Source of the DNA: Scyliorhinus canicula
Lineage: Eukaryota
Assembly (NCBI RefSeq): GCF_902713615.1
Contig: NW_024056015.1
Span: 62,001-126,000, forward strand
Reading direction: 5' to 3'
Length of the DNA: 64,000 nucleotides
The notes below the pieces were generated by a model. It searched no databases. It saw nothing but the letters and a program-made list of their open reading frames with translations, and was not told the DNA's origin. The translations under genes were made by a program, and so were the position numbers. Shown here in pieces: positions 1-12,913 of this stretch. Each line of letters begins with the position of its first letter. Within the stretch, counting starts at the first letter, position 1.

Positions 1-3000
1 TTTTCTAGGGCTGTTGGGGAGGGTTTAAACTAATGTGGCAGGGGGATGGGAACCGATGCAGGAAGTTGGAAGGTAGTGAAACAGGGACAGAAGCAAAAGG
101 AAGTAAGGGGCAAAGTGCAAGGCAGAGAAGACATAGTCAAAAATCTAAAAGGGCGACAGTACAAGGTACAGTGACTGAGGGGAGCTCAGTGAATAGGCCC
201 AGTAATAACAAAAGGAATAAAACTGGAGATGTTAAGATTCAAAACAGAGGTAAAAAAACCAACATAAGTGTACTTTACGTGAATGCTCGTAGTATTCGGA
301 ATAAAGTAAATGAGTTGATGGCACAAATCATCGTAAATGACTATGATTTAGTGGCCATTACTGAAACACGGTTAAAGGATGGTCACGGCTGGGAGTTAAA
401 TATCCGAGGGTATCAAACTATTCGGAAGGACAGAGTGAATGGTAAGGGAGGTGGTGTTGCTCTGTTATTTAAGGATGACATCCGAGCAATAGTAAGGGAT
501 GACATCGGTGCTATGGAGGATAAGGTTGAATCCATTTGGGTGGAAATCAGGAACAGTAAGGCGAAAAAGTCACTGATAGGAGTAGTCTATCGGCCACCAA
601 ATAGTAACGATATGGTGGGGCAGGCAATAAACAAAGAAATAACTGATGCATGTAGAAATGGTACAGCAGTTATCATGGGGGATTTTAATCTACATGTCGA
701 TTGGTTTAACCAGGTCGGTCAAGGCAACCTTGAGGAGGAGTTTATAGAATGTATCCGCGATAGTTTCCTAGAACAGTATGTAATGGAACCTACGAGGGAA
801 CAAGCGGTCCTAGATCTTGTCCTGTGTAATGAGACAGGATTGATTCATGATCTCATAGTTAGGGATCCTCTCGGAAGGAGCGATCACAATATGGTGGAAT
901 TTAAAATACAGATGGAGGGTGAGAAAGTAAAATCAAATACTAGTGTTTTGTGTTTAAACAAAGGAGATTACAAGGGGCTGAGAGAAGAACTAGCTAAGGT
1001 AGACTGGGAGCTAAGACTTTATGCTGGAACAGTTGAGGAACAGTGGAGAACCTTCCAAGCGATTTTTGACAGTGCTCAGCAAAGATTTATACCAACAAAA
1101 AGGAAGGACGGAAGAAAGAGGGAAAATCGACCGTGGATATCTAAGGAAATAAGGGAGAGTATCAAATTGAAGGAAAAAGCATATAAAGTGGCAAAGATTG
1201 GTGGGAGACTAGAGGACTGGGAAATCTTTAGGGGGCAACAGAAAGCTACTAAAAAAAAGCTATAAAGAAGAGTAAGATAGAGTATGAGAGTAAACTTACT
1301 CAGCATATAAAAACAGACAGTAAAAGTTTTTACAAACATATAAGACAAAAAAGAGTGGCTGAGGTAAATATTGGTCCTTTAGAGGATGAGAAGGGAGTTT
1401 TAATAATGGGAAATGAGGAAATGGCTGAGGAACTGAACAGGTTTTTTGGGTCGGTCTTCACACTGGAAGACACAAATGCCAGCGACTCATAGAAATGAGG
1501 CTATGACAGGTGAGGACCTTGAGAGGATTGTTATCACTAAGGAGGGAGTGATGGGCAAGCTAATGGGGCTAAAGGTAGACAAGTCTCCTGGCCCTGATGG
1601 AATGCATCCCAGAGTGCTAAAAGAGATGGCTAGGGAAATTGCAGATGCACTAGTGATAATTTACCGAAATTCACTAGACTCTGGGGTGGTCCCGGTGGAT
1701 TGGAAATTAGCAAACGTGACGCTACTGTTTAAAAAAGGAGGTAGGCAGAAAGCAGGAAATTATAGGCCAGTGAGTTTAACTTCGGTAGTAGGGAAGATGC
1801 TGGAATCTATCATCAAGGAAGAAATTGCGAGGCATCTGGATAGAAATTGTCCCATTGGGCAGACGCAGCATGGGTTCGTAAAGGGCAAGTCATGCCTAAC
1901 TAATTTAGTGGAATTTTTTGAGGACATTACCAGTGCAGTAGATAACGGGGAGCCGATGGATGTGGTATATCTGGATTTCCAGAAAGCCTTTGACAAGGTG
2001 CCACACAAAAGGTTGCTGCATAAGATAAAGATGCATGGCATTAAGGGTAAAGTAGTAGCATGGATAGAGGATTGGTTAATTAATAGAAAGCAAAGAGTGG
2101 GGAGTATGGGTGTTTCTCTGGTTGGCAATCAGTAGCTAGTGGTGTCCCTCAGGGATCCGTGTTGGGCCCACAATTGTTCACAATTTACATAGATGATTTG
2201 GAGTTGGGGACCAAGGGCAATGTGTCCAAGTTTGCAGATGACATTAAGATGAGTGGTAAAGCGAAAAGTGCAGAGGATACTGGAAGTCTGCAGAGGGATT
2301 TGGATAGATTAAGTGAATGGGCTAGGGTCTGGCAGATGGAATACAATGTTGACAAATGTGAGGTTATCCATTTTGGTAGGAATAACAGCAAACGGGATTA
2401 TTATTTAAACGATAAAATATTAAAGCATGCCGCTGTTCAGAGAGACTTGGGTGTGCTAGTGCATGAGTCACAGAAGGTTAGTTTACAAGTGCAACAGGTG
2501 ATTAAGAAGGCAAATGGAATTTTGTCCTTCATTGCTAGAGGGGTGGAGTTTAAGACTAGGGAGGTTATGTTGCAATTGTATAAGGTGTTAGTGCGGCCAC
2601 ACCTGGAGTATTGTGTTCAGTTTTGGTCTCCTTACTTGAGAAAGGACATACTGGCGCTGGAGGGTGTACAGAGGAGATTCACTAGGTTAATCCCAGAGCT
2701 GATGGGGTTGGATTATGAGGAGAGGTTGAGTAGACTGGGACTGTACTCGTTGGAATTTAGAAGGATGAGGGGGGATCTTATAGAAACATTTAAAATTATG
2801 AAGGGAATAGATAGGATAGATGCGGGCAGGTTGTTTCCACTGGCGGGTGACAGCAGAATTAGGGGACATCGCCTCAAAATAAGGGGAAGTAGATTTAGGA
2901 CTGAATTTAGGAGGAACTTCTTCACCCAAAGGGTTGTGAATCTATGGAATTCCTTGCCAGTGAAGCAGTTGAGGCTCCTTCATTACATGTTTTTAAGGTA

Positions 3001-3164
3001 AAGATAGATAGTTTTTTGAAGAATAAAGGGATTAAGGGTTATGGTGACCGGGCCGGAAAGTGGAGCTGAGTTCACAAAAGATCAGCCATGATCTAATTGA
3101 ATGGCGGAGCAGGCTCGAGGGGCCAGGTGGCCTACTCCTGCTCCTAGTTCTTATGTTCTTATGT
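1..3164 (+). mobile_element. CR1-clade LINE, near-complete ORF2 (APE endonuclease + reverse transcriptase) broken by a few frameshifts
   Basis: ORFs 33-1265 (YVNARS, ITET, GDFN, SDH endonuclease motifs), 1446-2135 (KSPGPDG, NYRPVSLTS, QHGF, YLDFQKAFD) and 2159-3001 (KFADD); 3' tail (TTCTTATG)2 ending ~3164. Confidence 0.93.
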
Positions 3165-5480
3165 AACTGGTGTATAATGTCGGTTGAAGGTCCTGTGTGA
3201 TGAGGAGGTTTTGTTCAAACTTGTGCATGAAGATGTTTGCGTATTGATGTGCAAATTTTCTCCCCATGGCTGTTCCGTTCGTCTTGATTAAGAACTTGTT
3301 GTCGAAGGTGAAGACGTTGTGATCCAGAATGAAGCGGATGAGTTGCAGAATTGCGTCTGGAGATTGGCAGTTGTCGGTGTTGTGTACTGAGGCTGTTGCA
3401 GCAATGCCATCATCATGGGGATGCTGGTGTAGGGTGCCGAGACGTCCATTGTGACGAGGAATGTTCCTGGTTCAACTGGTCCAGGGGTGCTGAGTTTCTG
3501 TACGAAGTCCGTCGTGTCCATCTTGTACGATGGGTTTCAAGATGCCCTCAATATAGCCAGAGAGGTTCTCACACAGGGTCCCATTGCCTAAAACGATAGG
3601 ACGGCCTGGTGTGTTGGCCTTGTGTATTTTCGGGAGGCAGTAGAGATCTCCAATGCGGGCAGTAAGTGGTATGAGAGCACGCAGGGTGCTCTGAAGGTCT
3701 GGATCCAAGGTCTTGATCAGTCTGTTGAGTTGGCGGATGTGTTCCTTGGTCGGATATAGGGTAACTGTCTGTAGTGTTCCTGGTTGTTGAGTTGTTGGTA
3801 TACTTCTTTGCAGTAGTCCGTTCTCTTCAGTATGACGGTTGCCCCTCCTTTGTCTGCTGGTTAGATAACAATGTTACGGTTGGTCTTGAGAGCGCGGATG
3901 GTTTTGCATTGTGCTTGGGTGACGTTCAGGGCTGTCTTGTGAATGTGACTGATGAATCTCACATTGACGCGACTCCTGACAGCTTGAGCGTACATGTCAA
4001 CTCTAGGGCAGCGGCCTTCCAGAGGGGTCCAATTCGACTCTTTCCTCTTCAGTTGCCGCCCTGCAGATCTCTCGGTCTGCTGGTCCGGTTCATTGGTGGT
4101 CTCTTCGGGTTCGCTGTTGGCCTCTTGAGGTCTGTGGAAGAATTCCCGGAGCCTCATTCACCTGATGAGTTCCTCCATGTCTGCCGCGAGACTGATGGGG
4201 TCCATTTTGGTGGTGGTGCAGAAATTGAGCCCTCTGCTGAGGACTTCATTTCGTCTGGTTGAAGGGTGTAGTCCGACAAGTTGACAATAGATTTCCCTGT
4301 ATGGTTTTGTACTGTGGTCCCGGGAGAGGCTTGGTTGCTGCTGGTGGTGATGCCGGGTTTCTCAAGCTTCCTGTTCTTGATGTGCATATAGGTGGCATAG
4401 TATCGTTGTCCCATCTGTTTGGCGGTGTTACGCAGCTGGTCTGCTGCTTCCTGAGCACAAGTTGAGAATATGGCCTCTGTCTTGGTTTCCAGGTTGCGTC
4501 GTCTGCTGTAGAGCTGGCGTACGAGGTGGTTGAGGAGTGTGAGAGTGGTGCGATGGCAGAGTCTCTCAGTGTAGTCTGTGCTGTATTGCAGGTCGACTTG
4601 AGTGGGTTTGTGATCTGTGGCCCTTTCGGGATCTTGACTGCTTTCTTGCATCTTTGTAGAAACTTAACGTCAGTGTCTATATGCACGATCGTCCTGGAGA
4701 TCCTCTCCACTTTGAGCTGGCAGTTTGCGGTGTACATAGCAGCCATGATGTGGAGACGCCGGCGTTGGACTGGGGTGAGCACAGTAAGAAGTCTCACAAC
4801 ACCAGGTTAAAGTCCAAGAGGTTTGTTTCAAACACGAGCTTTCGGAGCACAGTCCCCTCCTCAGGTGAATGAATGAAGAGGTGTGTTCCAGAAACATATA
4901 TGTAGACGAATTCAAAGATGCCAGACAATGCTCAGAATGCGAGCATTTTCAGGTAATTAAGTCTTTACAGATCCAGAGAGAGGGGTAACCCCAGGTTAAA
5001 GAGGTGTGAATTGTCTCAAGCCAGAACAGTTTGTCGGATTCCGCAAGTCCAGGCCAGATGGTGGGGGATGAATGTAATGCGACATGAATCCAAGATCCCG
5101 GTTGAGGTCGCACTCATGTGTGCGGAACTTGGCTATTAGTTTCTGCTGAAGGCCGACTTGGAGAACGGTTACCCGGAGATCAGAGGCTGAATGCCTTTGA
5201 TTGCTGTAGTGTTCTCCGACTGGAAGGGAACATTCCTGCCTGGTGATTGTCGCGTGATGCCCGTACATTTGTTCTCGCAGGGTCTGCATGGTCTCGCCAA
5301 TGTACCACGCTTTGGGACGTCCTTTCCTGCAGCGTATGAGGTAGACAACGTTGGCCGTGTTGTACGAGTATGTACAATGTACCTGATGGGTGGTTTTATC
5401 ACATTTAATGGTGGTGTCTATGTCGATGATCTGGCACGTCTTGCAGAGGTTTCCATGGCATGTTCATTGGCATGCCATGT
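3165..5480 (-). mobile_element. Penelope-like element, degraded: N-terminal ORF and RT start, plus an upstream GIY-YIG 3' segment (tandem/pLTR arrangement)
   Basis: YCLPKIHKANTPGRPIV and LVTMDVSAPYTSIP (PLE-type RT motifs) at 3288-3708; segment at 4996-5289 (SLPVGEHY...QKLIAKFRTH...LNRDLGFMSHY) resembles the GIY-YIG C-terminus; hammerhead motif at ~4830-4870. Confidence 0.85.
4826..4872 (-). ncRNA. Minimal type I hammerhead ribozyme in the Penelope element (stem II partly mismatched)
   Basis: Minus strand reads CAC-CTGAGGA-GGGGAC-TGT-GCTCC-GAAAG-CTC-GTG: CUGANGA and GAAA core, palindromic AGCT stem III, CUC cleavage triplet, CAC/GTG stem I. Confidence 0.55.
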
Positions 5481-5611
5481 TCATTGACAGAATGAAAACA
5501 CAGTGAACCTACACAGACATTTGGACACACAACAGAGGAGCAAACCAAAACAGAAATTTAAAATCTACACCGACACAAATGCTGCAGAAAAAACTCAAAC
5601 GTCAGGCAAGT

Positions 5612-5805
5612 GCAGCACGGTGGCATAGTGGTTAGCACTGCTACCTCATGGCGCTAAGGATCTCGCTTTGATCCCGCTCCTGGGTCTGGGTCCCAGTGGA
5701 GTTTACACATTCTTCCCGTGACCTGTGGGTCTCACCCCCACAACCCAAAGATGTGCAGGGTAGGTGGATTGGCCACGCTTAATTGCCCCTTAACTAGAAA
5801 AAAAA
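5612..5805 (+). mobile_element. tRNA-derived SINE (V-SINE/HE1-like), diverged
   Basis: GCAGCACGGTGGCATAGTGGTTAGCAC box-A head, AAAGATGTGCAGG..TAGGTGGATTGGCCA core, A-rich end. Confidence 0.7.
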
Positions 5806-5970
5806 GTAAGAGAGATCAATTTCTGAGTGTCACAAACTCAACAGTAGATATGCAAAGAAAAATATATTAAAGAATGAATGATCAGCTTAAGGAAATAAAA
5901 CGAGAATATTAAAAATATATCCTGTATTAATAACCAATCTGATTATATTTATTTGGCTCTATCGCCGTAG

Positions 5971-6098
5971 ATACCACAGACCACACCTGGACTGAAGACA
6001 ATGAGGATGATAACGGGAACATCTGGACAACCGCTTCCACATTCATCACCCTGTTCTTCCTGAGCATGTCCTACAGCGCTGCAGTCACTCTGGTGAAG
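5971..6098 (+). CDS. Immunoglobulin heavy-chain transmembrane exon TM1 (IgM/IgW/IgNAR-type; isotype not resolved)
   Basis: AG acceptor at 5969-5970, phase 1; encodes xTTDHTWTEDNEDDNGNIWTTASTFITLFFLSMSYSAAVTLVK (acidic spacer, then the CART-type WTTASTF..LF.LS..YS..VTL.K); donor GTGAGA at 6099. Confidence 0.93.
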
Positions 6099-6238
6099 GT
6101 GAGAAGATTCAATCCACTCACCCTTCAAACCGGCAGAAACCGTTTAAAACATCTCTAAATGTTTGATTGATTAAAAACTTTAACATCAATGTCACAGATC
6201 GTAAACATCTGCTTCATAATTTTCTCTCTCTTTTACAG

Positions 6239-6247
6239 ATCAAGTGA
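6239..6247 (+). CDS. IgH transmembrane exon TM2 (I-K-stop; cytoplasmic tail KIK)
   Basis: Polypyrimidine tract TTTTCTCTCTCTTTTACAG then ATC AAG TGA; equivalent to the VK-stop TM2 of IgM. Confidence 0.85.
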   Translation: MK

Positions 6248-6479
6248 TGGGTTGACGTTCGGATGCTGTAGATTTCCCTCAGCTGTTTATTATGATCTGT
6301 GTGTGACACAAATACAATATCTCCTCTTGGTGACTCGAACAGTAAAATCCTCTCTTTATTATTCTGCATCGGTAACTGAGACAATCATGGACAGTATTTC
6401 TATTTTCATTTTGAAATGTATGAGATAATTTTGGCTGTAATGTAATTGTAGCCAATCAATTCCCTCAATGCCTTGTATA

Positions 6480-6485
6480 AATAAA
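6480..6485 (+). terminator. Candidate polyadenylation signal of the membrane-form IgH transcript
   Basis: AATAAA ~230 nt after the TM2 stop; a second AATAAA lies at 6687-6692. Confidence 0.4.
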
Positions 6486-6904
6486 TAACTTATCACGTTC
6501 CTTATTCACAACTGTTACCTTCCCTTTATGTTGAGCTCATGTTCCCTTTCTTGTGCCTGTCACAGTTGTACATTCATTTGGCAGCTCAGAGGGCATGTGT
6601 TCTCATCTCAGTGTGACCCTCAATCATTATGTTCCCTTTTGTTAACTTCAAAATAAGCGTTTGTGTAATATTTTCTCTGAATTTTTAATAAATATTGAAT
6701 GAAAAATGAAGAAAATAAGACTTTGCTGAACTCCTTTCTCTCAGGTCCATCGGCACTGATCCTTTCTCCCCTTTCCCAGACAGATATTTCTCACCAGTCC
6801 TGTCTGGGATGTGTCTGAACTCAAGGCCCCTCGATGAAAGAGCCACTGCGCCACCCAGTGGTCCATCCGGTTAAAGCCAACTTCGCCTCCGACTTTTTTT
6901 GGTA

Positions 6905-7050
6905 AACTCCAGAGACAGAATGCCAGTGAAAGAATTCCACAGATTCACTACCCTCTGATGGAAGAATGCTTCCTCGTCTCTGTCCTAAATTTGAGACTCC
7001 TTACTCTGAAATTATGCCCTCTGGTCCCAGACTCTCCCACAAGAGGAAAC
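6905..7050 (-). mobile_element. CR1 LINE 3' fragment
   Basis: Antisense match to the CR1 C-terminal region (AGAGGGTAGTGAATCTGTGGAATTCT) seen in other CR1 copies here. Confidence 0.5.
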
Positions 7051-7570
7051 AAGATGATTTTTCAGGCAGTGTAACATGTTGAAGCTCTTTCCACAGTCAG
7101 TTCACTGGAACACTCCCACTCAGGTGTGTGTGGATCTCGGGGCTTTTCCAGTCACACTGATGTTTGAAATCTCTTCCCTCAGTCAGAACAGAGAAACACA
7201 TTGACAGTTTGTGAAATTTATATGCTAATGAATTGAGTGACTGCCAGATCTTGATGTTATATTTGGTTCCAGTTGCCCAGCTGCCAATCCTCCCGTTCTA
7301 ATGCCTGAAAAAGAATTTTCCAAAAATGATCACTGCAAGAATAGGATAGAAATTCAAAATAGATCATTCTAGTTTCTATCGAACTTTCTTTCCTCTCTTG
7401 CTTTCCCAAGCATGTGGTCCAGTCAAAATAAAAGACCAAAATCAGCAAGTCCCAGCAAAAGTGTAGGAAACCTTCCTAACTGAACCAGAATGTCATAATA
7501 TACATCGATGTATATAATGGAGTGCAGACAGGCAGTGATTGACACACAGGATGACCAGTAAGCACACAGG

Positions 7571-7866
7571 TGATGGAACCATCAATTCACTAGACACGTG
7601 CTTTAAGATATGAACAGTGGTTTTAATCTACTTACTACAGAGCCAGCCTGTTACCCGTTGAACTCTCGATGCACTGCAGGCTGGCTCTGGATAAGGGTAT
7701 TTATACAGTAGTCCAGGAGAAGGAGTCGTGGGCGGAGCCAATGGTGGAGCCCTGTACAAACTCCTGAGCATTCCCAAACCTACTCCCCCTAGTGGTTGGA
7801 TAACGCTACTGCGCTTACAATGGTATTGGTAAATACAGTGTGAATTACTAAGTTACATTCACCACA
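7571..7866 (-). repeat. Gypsy 3' LTR
   Basis: + strand begins TGATGGAACCATCAATTCAC and ends CATTCACCACA; paralogous to 12914-13213. Confidence 0.85.
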
Positions 7867-8763
7867 TTCATCCCCTGCACAAAAATCAAGTCCAGCGGGG
7901 GTGGTGGCCTACCAAGTAAGTCTGTCCGGTGGTCGAACTGCCCGCTGTGATCTGCGGAGCCCCGGGGTCGCAGCCTCTTGCGGAGGCTGGATGGGTGTTG
8001 TGTGCTGGGGTACGATGGCGGACTCCAGGGAGGGTTGTGTCCGAGCTTCATACTCTTCTGGTTCGACCACCGACTGGGGGCGCTGGGGGCTGGCCGGCGT
8101 GGGTGCGCGGAACTGGTGGAGCGAACTTGAGCACTCGGGAGCGCGAGGGGGCGGCAGCATGGGGTGTAGGGTGAGAGGTCTTTCTGTGGGGGTAGAGGGG
8201 ATGCTGGATCTGGCGGGTGCCAGATCCCGGAGGGATACCGTGTCCTGACGGCCGTCAGGGAACTCGACGAATGCATACTGGGGGTTGGAGTGGAGCAGGC
8301 GCACCTTTTCAACAAGGGGTCGGTTTTGTGTGCCCTGATATGTTTCCTCAGAAGTACGGAGCCCGGCGTCCTCAGCCATGCCGGAAGTGAGACCCCCGTG
8401 GTAGTGCCCCTGGAAAAAATGAAGAGCCTCTCGTGAGGGGTCTGGTTGGTCGCTGTGCACAAAAGGGACCTAATAGCGTGGAGCGCGTCTGGGAGTACCT
8501 CCTGCCACTGGGAGACTTGGACCTTTCTAGACCGCAGGGTCAGTAGGACGGTCTTCCAGACCGTCACGTTCTCCCTTTCTACCTGCCCGTTCCCCCTGGA
8601 GTTGTAGCTGGTAGTCCTGCTCGAGGCAATGCCCTTGACGAGCAGGTACTGAGGCAGCTCGTCGATCATGAAGGACGAACCCCGGTCGCTGTGTACGTAG
8701 CTGGGGGAACCAAACAGGATGAAGATGCTATGCAGAGCCCTATTGACTGTGTGGGACGTCATG

Positions 8764-8897
8764 GAGGTCACGCCCCGGACAGGCGCCGGAATGTGGCGAC
8801 TAGGGGCTTTTCACAGTAACTTCATTGAAGCCTACTCGTGACAATAAGCGATTTTCATTTCATTTCATTTCATTTTTCATTTCATTTCATTCATTTC
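8764..8897 (+). mobile_element. 5'-truncated SINE with (CATTT)n tail inserted into the Gypsy integrase
   Basis: GGCGCCGGAATGTGGCGACTAGGGGCTTTTCACAGTAACTTCATTGAAGCC tail; TCATG on both sides; interrupts the integrase ORF. Confidence 0.8.
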
Positions 8898-11464
8898 ATG
8901 TCGGGGCACGGGATAGCGAATGGGAAACTGGAGAACTCGTCTACAGCGTTTAAAAAGTAAACGTTCTTGTTAGTTGAAGGGAGTGCCCGTTGAAATCAAT
9001 TGCGAGGCGTTCAAAGGGCCTAGAAGCCTTGACCAGGTGGGCCCTGTCTGGTCTATAGAAGTGTGGTTTGCACTCTGCACAGATCGGGCAGTCCCTGGTG
9101 ACCGCTTTTACCTCCTCTTTGGAGAAAGGCAGGTTTCGGACCTTGATGTAGTGGGCGAGCCATGTAACCCCCGGTGGCAGAGGTCATTGTGGATGACTTT
9201 TAATCGGTCGATCTGCGCGCTGGCGCATGTCCCGCGGGATAGGGCATCCGGAGGCTTGTTGAGCTTCCCGGGTCGATATTGTAATTATGTGCAGAGTTCG
9301 ATCCTCCACCTCAGAATTTTGTCGTTTTTAATTTTGCCCCTTTGCGAGTTGTTGAACATGAAGGCAACCGATCTTTGGTCGGTGATGAGGTTAAACCTCC
9401 TGTCTGCGAGGTAGTGCCTCCAGTGACGGATAGCCTCCACAATGGCTTGTGCTTCTTTCTCGACAGAAGAGTGTCGGAGTTCTGAAGCGGAGAGGGTACG
9501 GGAGAAAAATGCAACTGGTTTCCCTGCCTGATTTAACGTGGCTGCAAGAGCTACCTCTGAGGCTTCGCTCTCTACCTGAAATGGAGTGCATTCAGCCACC
9601 GCCCACATGACCGCCTTGGCGATGTCCTCCTTGATGCCGTCGAAGGCCTGGCATGCCTCGGCTGACAGGGGAAATCGTGTGGCCCTAAAGAGTGGGCGGG
9701 CTTTGTCCGCATATTGAGGGACCCACTGGGCGAGTAGGAAAAGAAGCCCAAGCACCGTTTGAGGGCCTTTGGGCAATGGGGGACGGGGAGTTCTAAGAGG
9801 GGCCGCATACGGTCCGGGTCTGGGCCCAGGACTCCGTTTTCCATGACTTAGCTGAGTATAGCTAGTCTGGTTGTGCGGAAAACGCATTTCTCCTTGTTGT
9901 ACGTGAGATTCAGTTTCTGTGCCGTCTGGAGAAAACGGTGGAGGTTGGTGTCTTGGTCCTGCTGGTCATAGCCACAGATGGTGACATTGTCCAAGTACGG
10001 AAACGTGGCCCGCAGCCCGTACTGGTCCACCATTCGGTACATTGCTGGTTGGAACACCGAGACCCCATTAGTGACGCCTAAAGGGAGCCGGAGGAAATGG
10101 AAGAGGCGGCCATCGGCCTCGAATAACATGCAGTGGCGGTCCTCCGGGCGGATTAGGAGCTGGTGGTATGCAAACTTCAGATCCACCGTGGAAAAGAGCC
10201 GGTACTAGGCGATCTGGTTTACCATGTCTGCAATTCTGGGGAGGGGATACGCATCGAGGAGCATCAATCTATTTATGGTCTGACTGTAATCGACCACCAT
10301 ACGGAATTTGTCCCCGGTCTTAACGACCACCACCTGACCTCTGCTCTGACAAATACCCTATCCTGCAGGCTATACCGCCTGCTACGAGTGGCTACAGGTT
10401 TACAATGACTTAATTCCCGAGCCTTTCCCATCATCATCTTATGATGTAACCTCATTGCAGAGACATTCCGTGCTTTGCCAGTCCAGATTGCTCATGTACA
10501 ATGGAGAAAAAGTCTAAAAGTTAGGGTTAGGGTTAGAGTCCCAAGACACTTGCTTGTTGGTATTTTTGTGAGATTGGCGAAGAGAGGAGGGGGATTCACA
10601 GCATAGCGAGGCTCCAGATCCTGAGTGGGCGTAGGGGCCCTCCGAAGCTGAGGGTGAGGCTCTTGAGGTTACATTGGAAGTCTAGGCTTAATAAGAGTGG
10701 CGTGCAGAGTTCGGGCAAAACGTAGAGTTTGAATTTCGAGTAGCTAGTGCCTCGGATTGTGAGTGTCGCAGTGGTGCGCCCCTGAATCTGGACCGAATGG
10801 GAGCCTGAAGCGAGCGAGAGAGTTTGCTACACGGGGAAAACTGGGAGCGAACAGCGTCTTACCAGGTCTGGATGTATGAAGCTCTCCGTGCTCCCGGAGT
10901 CGAAGAGGCAAGGCGTTTTGTACCCGTTGATATGGACCTCTGCCATCGAGTTTTGTAGATTCTTTGGTCGTGATTGGTCCAGAGTGACCGCACTGAGTTG
11001 CGGGTAGTCGGCGGCTCGATCAACTGTGCTGGAGTGGCCCCTTGATGACTGCCCTCTGAGTTCATAGTCGAATTCGAATTCTTCCACAGAGCTCTCCGAG
11101 CGCGGAGATGCCGATCGGGCCCGTGGATCGCACGTGGCGGGAGGCGAGGAAGATGGCGTCCAAGATGGCGGCCCCCATGAGTGGCACGTGGCCGGCCACG
11201 TGGTGGAGGTTTTCCAAGATGGCGGCCCCCACGGATCGCACGTGGCTTGGGGGGGCGGAGTCGGGGCATAGGCTGCAGCGTTTCGGGCCCCGCTGTCCTG
11301 CAGGTGAGGGGAGCGATTACTTCGAGTCGCTGGGGAGTTGGAAGCTGGGGCCCTTTTAGCAAGGCACACTCTTGCGTAATGGCCTTTTCGCCCGCAGCAG
11401 CTGCAAGTCGCGTTGCGGGCCTGGCAGTGCTGCGCGGGTGCTGGTTCTGGCCGCAGAAATGGCA

Positions 11465-12325
11465 GGCTGGAGCAGCGTAGTGGCTGGCTGGAGCAGCATA
11501 GTGGCTGGCTGGAGCAGCATAGTGGCTGGCTGGAGCAGCATAGTGGCTGGCTGGAGCAGCACGGTGGCTGGCTGGAGCAGCATAGTGGCTGGCTGGAGCA
11601 GCATAGTGGCTGGCTGGAGCAGCATAGTGGCTGGCTGGAGCAGCATAGTGGCTGGCTGGAGCAGCACGGTGGCTGGCTGGAGCAGCATAGTGGCTGGCTG
11701 GAGCAGCATAGTGGCTGGCTGGAGCAGCATAGTGGCTGGCTGGAGCAGCACGGTGGCTGGCTGGAGCAGCATAGTGGCTGGCTGGAGCAGCACGGTGGCT
11801 GGCTGGAGCAGCATAGTGGCTGGCTGGAGCAGCATAGTGGCTGGCTGGGGCAGCATAGTGGCTGGCTGGGGCAGCATGGTGGCTGGCTGGAGCAGCATAG
11901 TGGCTGGCTGGAGCAGCATAGTGGCTGGCTGGAGCAGCATAGTGGCTGGCTGGAGCAGCACGGTGGCTGGCTGGGGCAGCATGGTGGCTGGCTGGGGCAG
12001 CATAGTGGCTGGCTGGGGCAGCATAGTGGCTGGCTGGAGCAGCATGGTGGCTGGCTGGAGCAGCATAGTGGCTGGCTGGGGCAGCATAGTGGCTGGCTGG
12101 GGCAGCATGGTGGCTGGCTGGAGCAGCATAGTGGCTGGCTGGAGCAGCATAGTGGCTGGCTGGGGCAGCATAGTGGCTGGCTGGGGCAGCATGGTGGCTG
12201 GCTGGAGCAGCAGAGTGGCTGGCTGGAGCAGCACGGTGGCTGGCTGGAGCAGCATAGTGGCTGGCTGGAGCAGCATAGTGGCTGGCTGGAGCAGCATAGT
12301 GGCTGGCTGGGGCAGCATAGTGGCT
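11465..12325. repeat. Minisatellite, 41 x 21 bp (GGCTGGAGCAGCATAGTGGCT), inside gag; encodes (SHYAAPA)n in the gag frame
   Basis: 861 bp = 41 units, matching the count in the translated ORF; open in all six frames. Confidence 0.95.
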
Positions 12326-12913
12326 GGGCGACCGCGTAGCACAGGCCTGGGGGAGTCGCTGGTCGGGGGCCCATGATTGGGTCACGGGGTCCGCGGGGAA
12401 TGAGTTAAGGCTGCGGAAGGAGACCCCCATCGTGGGCCCCCTTTTCCAGCAGTCCTTGGCGCACATAGTTAGACTTGAGGCCCACTACAAAAACATCGTG
12501 TACCGCACGTTCCCTGTGTTCAGCTGCGCCAGCCGCTTGGTAATTATAGTCATTGGACAAATTATTGAGTTCCGTTAGAAATTTGGTGAGTGATTCCGTA
12601 GGCCGCTGGCAGCGAGTTGTGAACACTTGGCGAGCGTAAACTTCATTAATAGGCCTTACATAAATTTTATCGAGAACTGATAGCGCCGCAGTATATGAAC
12701 TGGCCGAGTTTAGTTGCGTAGAGATTCTGTGGCTCACTCTCGCGTGCAGTAGACTTAGCTTCTGATCCTCAGTCGTTTCGGCTGTGCTCGCTTCTGCCAG
12801 GTAGGCCTTGAAGCACCAGATTCAGTGGGAGAAGATTTCTTTAGCCTCTGCATCCTGCGGGTCGAGTTCCAGGCGTCCAGGCTTGATCGTTACTCTTCGT
12901 AAGTCGATTAAAT

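Noticed and set aside
7221-7230. TATGCTAAT octamer-like motif as the missing VH promoter
   Set aside because: No leader exon with a splice donor could be found downstream of it
11465-12325. CRISPR array
   Set aside because: Head-to-tail tandem repeat with no unique spacers, in a vertebrate retrotransposon
10827-12374. Cys-rich (CCSSQPL)n ORF resembling a keratin-associated or cornified-envelope protein
   Set aside because: It is an alternative frame of the gag minisatellite. The gag frame upstream (SFRSLNSFPAD..) and the first knuckle (CHFCGQNQH) are in the (SHYAAPA)n frame; a 1-nt deletion after the repeat shifts the rest of gag into the Cys frame.
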